Assembly: GCA_977017645.1 (NCBI GenBank)
Contig: OZ360242.1
Span: forward strand, 38,688,001-38,752,000
Length of the DNA stretch: 64,000 nt
From: Torpedo marmorata
Taxonomy: Eukaryota
Direction: 5' to 3'
Shown here in pieces: positions 24,219-35,266 of this stretch. Under the pieces are notes generated by a model. That model was given only the letters and a program-made list of their open reading frames with translations, was not told the origin of the DNA and did not search any database. The position numbers and the translations under genes are program-made. The stretch's first letter is position 1, and every line of letters begins with the position of its first letter.

Positions 24219-25151
24219 TGTTATGGACCATGACTGACAGTTTGGACTGCGGACGGTAAGCAGGAAGGATGAAGTCTTTTGGAGTATACACTGGGACCTG
24301 GTACTGAAAGAGTTAACTTGCCCAGGACTTCCTATATTTACCAGAGAGAGACATCAGAGGGAGACAAACTGTGAAAAGGATACTTGGTGAAAAACTTTGG
24401 AAGAAGTAGGCTGGAGAGAAAACTCTCTCTCTATTGTGAGGCCTAAATTGAAAACTAAATCAGTGCCAGTTTTGGAGTTGCAAAGGCGGGAGAACTCAGT
24501 AGGATCCAGGCCTGTGCATCCCAGAGAAGAAGTGGGGAGAATAGCACAGAGTCTCTTGAATCAGAAAAGTCCAGGCTTGTGCATCCCAGGGAAACGGCTG
24601 GGAGAAAAACAAGTCCTGATGATTCGGCAGAATCCTGAGTTGTGAGAACAGCTTTTGTGAGGAACCGGCTGTGAAATCCAAGTATACGCCTTAATCCAAA
24701 ACGGATCTGAATTCGCAATCCTTATGAAAACATAAGAAGGGAACGTCATCAGAGAAGAAAAGCAAGCCAAGTATTCGTAAGCATAAACAGTCATTGTCTC
24801 TCTCCAACGTTCATTAAGAAGTCCTTCTTGCCAACACACAGAGCTGAATTTGGAACCTGAACATAGAGAGTGAATTTTTGTGGACTGTATTATTTTTTTG
24901 ACTGACTTGTTTTTATGACTGACCTGGGGTTTTTGGGGAACGTTTTTCCATTTTTACATGAGGGTTGGGCACAGACTGTAATGGTCTGTGCTTTACACAC
25001 ACACCTTTTAGATAAGAATAGTGTTTATAGACATTTATAGTGGGGTTAATTGTTGTGAAATTATATGTTTAATTGTCTTTAATAAATATAAATTTCAATT
25101 TTACCCCTTTTGCATTGCGTCTTCTGTCGTTGCTGGTTTGAATTTGTAACA
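24219..25151 (+). repeat. 5' LTR of provirus 2
   Basis: Direct repeat of 35267-36203 with TGTTA...TAACA ends. Confidence 0.95.
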
Positions 25152-25286
25152 AAATTGGGGGTGCGTCCTTGGGATTTGAATTAAAAATCCATCTTGGTAA
25201 TTGAAGGAATCCCAGTTTGGTTTAAGACATTCCTTTTGTAAAGCTAATTAAAAGCTAGTGGGTGTGTAACGAAAAACCAGCAACAA

Positions 25287-26309
25287 TGGATGTAGAACAT
25301 TTTTTGGAATCACCTGAACCTGATACTTTAAAAAAGGCGAAAAAGGAACAGTTAGTGGCTATAGCAACAGAGTTGGGCATTTGCTTCTGTAAAACCATTT
25401 ATGAAAAAGGCAGAGATTGGGAGAAAAAATGTCAAATACTATATAAAAGAAAAAAAATTTGAGGAGAGCTTGTTAGAAGGGTAAACCTTCTGAAAACATA
25501 CAGTTGGAACTAAAGAAATTAAAATTGAAATTGGAACAAAAGAAATTAGACACAGAATTGGAACAAAAGGAATTAGACACGGAATTGTAACTAAAGAGAT
25601 ACGAGAACGATGAGAGAAATAGGAGATATGAGCTGGAAAAGATGAGGTTGGAAAATGAGAGGAGACAAGAAGAGCCCCAAGATCAAATTCGTCATCCTGT
25701 TGAGGGGTTTTTGGCTAGTAGAGAAGTTAGGTTGGTTCCTCCATTTGAGGAGGCAGAAATAGATATGTACTTACAGCATTTTGAGAAGGTGGCTGTGAAA
25801 TTAAAATGGCCACAAGACCAATGGTCTCTTATGTTACAAAGTGTAATGAAAGGAAAAGCTCAGCAAGCTTATTCTACTCTTACCACGGAGCAAGCTGCTG
25901 ATTATGAAATGGTGAAAAAGGCTATACTCCAGGCTTATGTGTTAGTTCCAGAGGCTTATAGACAGAAGTTTAGAAATTTAAAAAGATCAGCAACCCAATC
26001 TTACACAGAGTTTGCCGATGAAAAGGTTGTGTTGTTTTGACCGGTGGTGCACATCTAAGGCGGTAAACAATGATTACAATCAATTGAGAGAATTGATAAT
26101 AATTGAGGAGATAAAAAGGTGTGTTCCTGAGGATATTAAGGCATACTTAGATGAAAAGGAGGTGAAAACTTGGCAAAATTCAGCTAAGTTAGCAGATGAA
26201 TATGCTTTAACCCACAAGCCTAAGTGGACGTCAGGCAGAATTTTCCAAAAGGTCACTGTGGATAATCCCAAGCAAGTGGAAAGTAATTTGGAAGTGGTGT
26301 TAAGGAAAG
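25287..26309 (+). pseudogene. gag: Gypsy gag with a SCAN-like capsid domain (frameshifted; continues at 32357)
   Basis: LVPPFEE..ID.Y..HFEKVA..LKWP, VPEAYRQKFR, FDRWC, LRELIIIEE...P...AYLDE...AKLADEY. The zinc knuckle CHYCRKAGY..ANC lies after the BEL insertion. Confidence 0.88.
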
Positions 26310-26976
26310 TGTAAGAGCCGTAGGCTCATTAACTTACCTTTGCTGCGCCGCTCCGATGCCTCGTCGGGTTGTGGAGCGCTCGCGCTGTCTGTAGGCCGTC
26401 CTCGGCCTGTTCTTTGCTTTGCGCATGCGCTGGAGTGCCGACGGGCGCATGCACAGTCTGGAGTGACGTCATTGTGCGCGGTGTATAGTGGGAGATGCAG
26501 TGTGCGCGGTGGAGCGTGCGCAGGGGTATAGGAGCGATGGAGCATGCAAGAATGGCAGAGAATAGGAAAAAGAATAAGATGTAGGAGGGTGAGTGAGATC
26601 TCCATATCTTTATTGACTGTTTTATAACTTTTTATATCGTTTCATCGAGCGTTTCAGACATCGTTTAATACAGCGTTTTACAGATAGTTTCTAAACGTCT
26701 TAAACATCATTTCATTGAACATTGAACTGATTACTTTGTGGTTTGGAATTGTTTGAGCAACTAAGTACAGTTTAAGGAATCATTTAAAAGAAACTCATCA
26801 TACATCGTTTTCAAGAACTGTTTATATTAAAGTCATTGAAGATTACTGCAAGTCACGAGTGTAAATAAAGTTTTTGAACATATTGGACTTTGTTGGTAAA
26901 TTAATTAAAACGCGTCAAAGACAAGTATCTCACTTAGCCTCCAGGTGACTATTGTTGGATCGAAGTCACCATAATA
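26310..26976 (+). repeat. BEL 5' LTR
   Basis: Direct repeat of 31685-32351. CpG-rich first half, AATAAA at about 26864. Confidence 0.95.
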
Positions 26977-27427
26977 TAGTCAATAAAGCGGCTGTTTGGA
27001 ACAGAAAATTGAAGGAAAAAGATAGAATAATCTCTCTGTGCTTTGGACTGATATTTAAAATAAAATGGTGGCCATCTTGGAGATGCCTCGAGTTGGTGGC
27101 AGTTTGTAATCCACATCCATCTGCCATGAATAACAGCCAGAGAGGGATTTAAAGCTTCAAATCTTATAGTAAAGTGTCCTATAAATACGTTGGAGAAACC
27201 ATTTTTGGAAAATCAGTGATATTAGTGACGGATGTTGTGGTTGAAACTCGTTTGTGGATTGCAGCACATTACAGTCATTTGAAGTGGTTGGCATAAGTCT
27301 GTGGACTCCTTCTGTGTATCTTTAGCAAGTAAGAACACAGATTGGAATTGCTGCCGCTGGTCCATTGGGGACTGTTGTTTGGCTAGTGTTGTGTATGCTT
27401 GAAGGACAGAGGAACAAGACGAGTAAA

Positions 27428-30190
27428 ATGGCCGCAGCAGCCACTGATACAGCAGCTACTGATGTATCAGCAGCTGACGCAGCAACCGCTGATGTTGCTG
27501 TTGAGGACCAACGTATTGAAGACATGAAGGTTGCGGATATTAAAGAAGAATTGAAGCGACTGAAAAAGGACATAAGTGGAAATAAAAAGGTTCTTATCAA
27601 AAGATTGAAGCTGGCAAAGGATGAAGAGGCAGCTTCATTAGATCAACAAGAGGATAACTTAGAAATGGCTGAAATTGTGTCACCAAATGATGAAGAAATT
27701 GAAGAGGTTGAAAATGCAAAGGATATACAATTCGAATTGGATAAAGAGGTAAGTATGAAGACAACATATGAACTGCAGGACGAAATACAAGCAAGTGACA
27801 GTGTCTCAAATGCTGAAAGCAGGAGAAGCAAAAGAAGTTCTGGTTCGAGCTCCAGAGTTTCTCGTACTTCAAGTTCTGCATCGTCACGTACAAAGATTGA
27901 TGTTAAATTGGCCGCTCTTCTTGCACAACAAAAAATGCTTTAGGATAAATATATTTTAGAACAAGAGGAGGAGCAGCTAAGACAAAAGGAGGAGCAGCTA
28001 AAGGAGCAGCTAAGACAAAAGGAGGAGCAGCTAAGACAAGAGGAGGAGCAGCTAAGACAAAATGAGAAGCAGCTAATGGAGCAGCTAAGACAAGAGAAGG
28101 AGCAACTAAGGCAGAGAAAAGAACAGCAGGAGCTAGAAGCAAACATTGCTATTGCCAAGGCAGAAAAGAAAGCAATAAAAGGCTCAATGGTAACTGGTGC
28201 TGGACTTAAATTATTTAAATTGTCTGATAATAAAAGGTCATAATTTAAAAAAGGAGTCACAGGAAAAGAAACCAACCAAAAGGATAGATATTTTAGAACC
28301 AAGGAATACAAAACTTGCATATACGAGGACAAACCTTTCAAGAGCATATTGGTATCGAGTCACATGTACCAATGGTAACATCTGAAAACAAAGCTGCGGC
28401 TTGGGTTCGGTCGAACGAAGCAGCTTCTTTGTTATTTGAGTCAAGCATCAGAAATATGGAAGAAACTACACCAGTGAGGTTTCCAGATACATTGCATGCA
28501 ACAAGAGACGGTGAACAGAGCAATGTATTGTCATCCAAGGAAAGACAAAATGAAATTGCTGCATCATTGTTTCAGTTACAGTCTCTCTCTTCTTTACCCA
28601 AGAAATAAATACAACTTTTTGATGGTGATCCACTTCAATATCAATCATTTATGAGATCTTTCAAACACAATATTGAAGATAAATGCCAAGATCGTGATGA
28701 ATGTCTTTATTATTTGGAATTGTTCACAAAGGGACATCCAAAAGAACTGGTAAAGAGTTGTAAACAAATGTCTTCAAAAAGAGGATTAGACAAAGCTAAG
28801 GATTTATTGGAACAATATTTTGGCAACAAGCATCGAATTGCTTTAGCTTATATGGATAAAGCTCTTAAATGGACATCAATAAAACAAAATGATGTAAAGG
28901 CTCTGCAAGAATATACTCTGTTTTTAAGAGGATGTTGTAATGCTATGGAAGAAATCGATAATATTCGTGAGCTTGAAGTTCATAGTAATATGCGAATTAT
29001 CTTAGAAAAATTACCTTACAAGTTATGGGATAGATGGAGAAATTTGGCTTGTGATTTACAAGTAAATTACGGTCGAAAAATTACCTTAAAGGATTTGGTA
29101 AATTTTCTTGAACGACAGGTGTACGTTGAAACGGATCCACTATATGGAAATACCAGAGATAATTCAATGGGCAAAGATGTAAGGAAGTATAACACACAGT
29201 CTAGTCCGAAATTGAAAAGGAGTACTTTTGCTACTAATGTGCAAGTTATAAGTAAAGAAAAGGACAAAGTAAATAAGGAAAAGGAAAGTTTGCCTGATGA
29301 AAAGAGTTGTTTGTTCTGTAAAGGTGGACATGCTTTGTAAATGTGTTTACGATTGGAAAAGAAGGAACATAAGGAAAAGATCGCTTTCTTAAAGGAAAAT
29401 GGAATATGTTTTAGCTGTCTGTGCAAAGGGCACATCAATAAAAACTGCGAGAAGCGAATTAATTGTAACATATGCAATTTGAAACATCCTAGAATTTTGC
29501 ATATCCATAACAGAAACAAGGAATTGGAAAGGGAGCAAACAGAAACAAAGGAAACAACAGAAAATAATGTTATAACCTCGGTTCAGACAAGTGGTCTTAC
29601 CGGGGCCGGTGTGAATAACTGCAAACTTTCGATAGTGCCTGTACAAGTCAAGACCAAGAAATGGGATGGAATAGTAAAAACATATGCATTTCTTGACCCA
29701 GGCAGCACTGCATCTTTTTGCACGGAAGGACTAATGAATAAACTTAATATTCAAGGAAGAAAATCAAGAATTATGTTAAAAACCATGGGACAAGAAAAGG
29801 TTGTTGAAACTAACATTGTTTCAGGCTTAGAGGTTGCTGGATTGGATGACAAAAAATTTTGTGATCTTCCAAGTTTATATACTCAGAAGACTATGCCGGT
29901 GAATGAAGGAAATATTCCTCATCAAAAGGATATCCATCATTTAGCTTATCTGTGGAAGGTTTATTTACCTGAAATTAATTCTGAGATAGAAATGCTGATT
30001 GGTTCAGATGTGCCAAAGGTTTTGGAACCAAAAGAAGTAATACAGAGTAAAAGGAATGGACCTTACGCTATTAGAACCAAGTTTGGTTGGACAATAAATG
30101 GACCACTGGAAAGAAATAATGATATTGGTCAGGAACAGTTAGCAATAAATATTAATAGAATTTCGGTTGTGAAAGTTGAAGAGTTAAGCG
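27428..30190 (+). pseudogene. gag: BEL gag-protease (N-terminal SAP domain, coiled coil, capsid region, three zinc knuckles, aspartic protease)
   Basis: ORF pieces 27365-27943, 28315-28608, 28651-29340 and 29341 onward, separated by single stops and one frameshift. Motifs CLFCKGGH, CFSCLCKGH, CNICNLKHPRILH, YAFLDPGSTASF and GPYAIRTKFGWTINGP. Confidence 0.88.
27961..28135 (+). repeat. In-frame 21-bp tandem repeat encoding (EEQLRQ[K/E])n
   Basis: Tandem GAGGAGCAGCTAAGACAA(A/G)AG units, one coiled-coil heptad each. Confidence 0.9.
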
Positions 30191-30615
30191 AAGAGCAAAA
30201 AACTGTGAATAAGAAAATCACTTTTGAAGAAAAGAAAACAGACCAATGTGAAAATAAATCAATGGTATTTAAAACAACATTGAAGGAATTAATTTCGTCA
30301 GAAATGGATGAAAGTGAAGTATTAGAAGATGTTGCAAATAATACTATTGATTGTTCATGTGTAATTGAATCAGATACAGGAATAAAACAAGTGACTGAAA
30401 ACAAATCTGATTGTAGATTTTGTAGTTCAGAGATTACAACAGACAAAGCTAATGAAGAAAGATTGCAATGTGATGTAAAACTGGAGAACACAGAAAATTG
30501 TGCTGATGGAATAAAGAATAATGTGAATGATAATTTAATGCAATTGAATTCAGAGAACAAAATGTTGAAAGGGGAATTGGAAATATTAGATAATCAAGAA
30601 AACAGTAAACAGAAA

Positions 30616-30915
30616 GATTTAATTGTAAGTAAAACTCGCAAAGTCAGAAAGCGGAAGAAAAGAATAACTGCTGAAGAAATGAATACAGTTATTGAGGAAA
30701 GAGATTCAGCATTATCAAAATGTAAAAGGTTGGAGGAAGAGATTAATGTTTTGAAAGAGAACAAGTTATTGGTTAATAACACAAAACAGTTGACTTTAAA
30801 AACCAATCAAGAATGTAAATTGAATGTTCAACAATTAACAATGCAGAAAGAATGTGATATTTCATTGCAGAAATGTAACAAGCAAGATGAAGAAATTAAA
30901 AAATTTCAAGTTTGC
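30616..30915 (+). other. MIPOL1: MIPOL1-like coiled-coil segment captured in frame in the BEL ORF
   Basis: RITAEEMNTVIEERDSALSKCKRLEEE (from 30661) compared with human MIPOL1 RITAEEMSALIEERDAALSKCKRLEQE, recalled from memory and not searched. Similarity continues through NN..QLT...NQE..L and EEI....V. Confidence 0.8.
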
Positions 30916-31284
30916 CGCAACAGGATTGACAATAGAAATATCAATGTATCACATGATATTTTGACTTCAGATCAAATTATTAATTTCTCAGAAAGAACTG
31001 AGACTGAATTGAAAGTTACAAAATTGGATTTGGAATTGCAGGAAAGAGCAATAGTGTGGTTAAACAGACCTGTTTAAAATCGAAAGGATCAAATAAATAT
31101 TCAAATTCTAGTTCTAAGAGTTTAAATTCTTCACATGAGAAGTGGAATAATGAAGAAAGGAATAAAGTGAAACGACATGCTGAAGAAGTGCCTTGTGTTA
31201 AATTCAAAAGAAAAACTGTATCTATTTTGTCTGAGGAAGATTTGAGGTTTACTGGTTGACGTTTTAAGTCAGATTATGGAGATA

Positions 31285-31478
31285 AAAGAGCTTTAAAGAG
31301 ACATTGTGATTATTATGGATAATTCAACTTCAAGAAACTCCTGGTTACTTGGAAAAATTATTGAGACTTTTCAAGACAAAAGGGGACTTGTGCGTCAAGT
31401 GTGAATTAAAACTAAGACTGGTTTTCTAAACAGACCTATTAATAAGGTCTGTCTTTTGTCGGAGACAGAGGAACTTTG
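31285..31478 (+). pseudogene. Residual C-terminal tail of BEL integrase (DUF5641-like)
   Basis: DIVIIMDNSTSRNSWLLGKIIETFQDKRGLVRQV*IKTKTGFLNRPINKVCLL, the usual end of BEL pol. Confidence 0.85.
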
Positions 31479-31684
31479 ATAAATATAAACTGACTTTATT
31501 TGTTGTTGTATATTTCACAGGTTACAGACTTTTGTTGATTCAGATTTATGGTAAACTCTGGGTTTATGAAGAAGGAAGAAAGAAGATTTGTATATTGTTT
31601 GAATGTTATGGTTATTGTTATTTATAATTTATAGTGTAATTATTATTTAAGACATTGCGTCTAATTATAATAATTAGGGGCCGG

Positions 31685-32351
31685 TGTAAGAGCCGTAGGC
31701 TCATTAACTTACCTTTGCTGCGGCGCTCCGATGCCTCGTCGGGTTGTGGAGCGCTCGCGCTGTCTGTAGGCCGTCTTCGGCCTGTTCTGTGCTTTGCGCA
31801 TGTGCTGGAGTGCCGACGGGCGCATGCGCAGTCTGGAGTGACGTCATTGTGCGCGGTGTATAGTGGGAGATGTAGTGTGCGCGGTGGAGCGTGCGCAGCG
31901 GTATAGGAGCGACGGAGCATGCGAGAACGGCAGAGAATAGGCAAAAGAATAAGATGTAGGAGGGTGAGTGAGATCTCCATATCTTTATTGACCATTTTAT
32001 AACGTTTTATATCGTTTCATCGAGCGTTTCAGACATCGTTAAATACAGCGTTTTACAGATAGTTTCTAAATGTCTTATACATCATTTCATTGAACATTGA
32101 ACTGATTACTTTGTGGTTTGGAATTGTTTGAACAACTAAGTACAGTTTAAGGAATCATTTAAAAGAAACTCATCATACATCGTTTTCAAGAACTGTTTAT
32201 ATTAAAGTCATTGAAGATTACTGCAAGTCACGTGTGTAAATAAAGTTTTTGAACATATTGGACTTTGTTGGTAAATTAATTAAAACGCGTCAAAGACAAG
32301 TATCTCACTTAGCCTCCAGATGACTATTGTTGGATCGAAGTCACCATAATA
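31685..32351 (+). repeat. BEL 3' LTR
   Basis: Direct repeat of 26310-26976, about 20 substitutions by eye. Confidence 0.95.
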
Positions 32352-32356
32352 GAAAG

Positions 32357-35138
32357 GGATGAAGGAAAGTGGAAAAGGGAAAACACTTCAGGTCCCATTT
32401 GCCACTACTGTAGGAAGGCTGGTTATATGCTAGCAAATTGTCCAGTGTTGAAAAAGAAGAGAGAAAAGGATGCAACACCTAATGCTTGTATTCAGAGTGA
32501 GAAGAGGCATAACACCCAGGAAGGAGGTAAATTTACTGACAAAGTTAGAGATGTATTTAAACCTTGTGTGACTGATGGTTTTGTTTCAGTTAAGGCAGGA
32601 TCAAAACAAGTTCCAGTGAAAATCTTGCGAGATACTGGAGCTGCTCAGTCACTTGTGTTAGATAGTGTCTTGGAATTTTGTGAAGCTACTGACACCGGTA
32701 ACATAAATTTAATTAAAGGAATTGGGGGTGATGTTGAGTCCATTCCTTTGCACAAAATAGTATTGGACTCAGACTTGGTGGAAGGATCTGTTATGATAGG
32801 AGTGAGATCAGAGTTGCCAGTAGAAGGAGTCTCACTGTTGCTAGGCAATGACTTGGCTGAGGGTAAAGTCGTTCCTGCAGTGCGAATGACCACTAAGCCT
32901 GTCATTGATAAGTCAGAGAAAGACTCTGATATTTATCCGGCATGTGCCATAACCAGGGCCATGTCTAAGAAAAATGTCACTGTAGAGAAGGCAGTGGAAA
33001 ATAACTTGGTGAAAGAAAAAGTCAGTGATAATCAAGAACACCTGGAAAAGGCTTAGCAATTTCCTATGTTACACCCATCCACTGATAAGACACCTAAAGG
33101 CACAGATTTGTCACTATCCCGACAGGAGCTAATAGCAAGGCAAAAGGACGATCCTGATCTTGCTGAGGTGAGGGATAAGGTTCTCTCTGAAGAGGAGATT
33201 AAAAAGGTGCCAGTGGGTTATTATGAAAAAGATGGGGTGTTGATGAGAAAGTGGAGACCATGTGATGTTCCTGCCAATGAAGAATGGGCAGTAGTGCAGC
33301 AGGTTGTGATCCCTAAAGTATATAGGGATGGAATAATAACTTTGGCTCATAGTACACCCTTAGGTGGTCACCTTAAGGTGTAGAAAACTATAAGGAAGAT
33401 AATGAAACAATTTTATTGGCCCAGTTTGATAAGGGAGGTTGTAAGCTTTTGCCGGGCCTGTCACACTTGTCAGGTGGTGGGTAAACCTAATCAGGGTCCC
33501 CCGGTGGCACCCTTGCAACCTATCCCTGCTTTCAAGTGAGCCTTTCTTGAGAGTAATTGTGGACTGTGTTGGCCAATTGCCCAAAACCAAAGCGGGGAAT
33601 GAGTATTTGTTAACAATTATGTGTGCAGCCACCAGATTTCCAGAGGCCATTCCTCTGAGAAACATTAAAGCAAAAGCAATTGTAAAGGCTATGGTAAAAT
33701 TTTTCACTTTGGTAGGTTTGCCAAGGGAAATTCAATCAGATCAGTGCAGTAATTTCATGTCAGGCGTTTTCCAACAAGTGGTTGATGGACTGGGAGATAA
33801 ACAGATTGTATCCTCTGCGTACCATCCAGAAAGTCAAGGGGCCTTGGAGAGGTTCCATTCGACTTTGAAAAACATGATTAGAACCTATTGTTGTGAGAAG
33901 GAAAAAGATTGGGATGAGGGGGTTCATTTGTTGTTATTTGCAGCGAGGGAGTCTGTCCAAGAATCACTTGGTTTTAGTCCATTCGAGTTAGTTATCAGAC
34001 ATGAGGTGAGAGGTCCTTTAAGATTATTAAAAGAACAGTGGATTAATAGTGATGTGCATTTAAATCTGTTAGATTGTGTTTCAAAATTTAAGGATCGGTT
34101 GCCTCGGGCTTGTGAGATGGCAAAGGAGAATTTAAAGGCCACTCAACAGAGAATGAAGGTTTGGTATGATCGAAAGGCTAAGATGAGATCTTTTAAACCT
34201 GGTGAGAACGTATTAGTTCTGTTTCCCATCCATTCAAATCCTCTTAGGGCGAGATTTTCAGGACCCTATAGAGTTAAGTCAAAAATTAATGATGTTACCT
34301 ATGTCATAGAAACACCTAATCGCAGACGAGACACACAGATCTGTCATGTGAATATGATTAAGCCATATTTTGAACAGGTGCCGCACAAAGAGACTGAACA
34401 TTTACCAGAGGTGCTGGTTATTGACAGGGGTAAGGAGGAGACAGATAAAATCAGTTTCAGAGAGGGTCATGGGACTGTTAATTCTCTGGGTTATGTAGTA
34501 GGACAGGGGAAGTTGGCGCCAGTAGAGGCAAAGGTTGTGACTATTTCCGAGTTCCCTGTTCCAACTGGTAAGAAAACTCTGAGGAGGTTCCTGGGAATGA
34601 TTGGCTACTACCACAAGTTCTGTAAAAACTTTGCTGATCTTGCGCTCCCTCTCACAAATTTTCTTAGAAAGAGAGAAAAATTTGTATGGTTGACAGGTTG
34701 TCAGGAAGCATTTGTCAAATTGAAAGCCATGTTATGCCACCAACCCGTGCTTAAGTCACCTAATTTAGAACAGCCGTTTTCTTTAGCCGTGGATGCCAGT
34801 GATGAAGCTGTGGGCACGGTGCTGTTACGAAGAAGAACGAAGAGGACATTGACCATCCGGTTTCCTACTTCTCGAAGAAGTTCAATGATCATCAAAGGAA
34901 TTATTCAACCATAGAAAAAGAGTTGTTGGCTCTACAACACTTTGATTTTTATATCTGTACAGCTCAAAAAACACTCATAGTGTATACTGACCATAATCCA
35001 TTGGTTTTTCTTTATAAAATGAAAAATAAGAATCGACGGTTTTTGAATTGGAGTCTAATTTTGCAAGAATATGATTTGGTAATAACACATATAATAGGGA
35101 AAGATAATGCAATTGCTGATTGTCTTTCTAGATGTTAA
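32357..35138 (+). pseudogene. pol: Provirus 2: end of gag, protease, integrase, RT thumb and RNase H (RT core deleted)
   Basis: ILRDTGAAQSL (protease); AHSTPLGGHL and CHTC; IVDCVG...SDQ...ESQGALERFH; then a direct jump to LGYVVGQG...LAVDASD...YTDHNPL...NAIADCLSR. Confidence 0.92.
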
Positions 35139-35266
35139 ACTTTATAAATGAAAATAGTTCATATTTTGTATTTGTGGATGAACATTGTGGATTTTGTTTA
35201 TATTGTAACACCTCAATTTCCAAAATTTTGTTTTTGCAGACCAAAATTTTCTTTGTGGATCGGAGG

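Larger units (their letters stand above)
26310..32351 (+). mobile_element. BEL/Pao LTR retrotransposon, non-autonomous, carrying foreign coding segments
   Basis: 667-bp LTRs at 26310-26976 and 31685-32351, 5-bp TSD GAAAG (26305-26309 / 32352-32356), PPT AGGGGCCGG. BEL gag motif FDGDPLQY..F, three Cys/His knuckles, protease motif FLDPGS. Confidence 0.93.

Noticed and set aside
27903-28347. Antisense ORFs with (LAAPP)/(SCLSCS) repeats, and other antisense ORFs over gag/pol
   Set aside because: Shadows of the sense-strand coding repeat and A-rich codon usage.
30616-30915. A genuine MIPOL1 host exon at its native locus
   Set aside because: It is embedded in frame inside an LTR-bounded element nested in another provirus, with no evident splice sites and no other MIPOL1 exons in the window.
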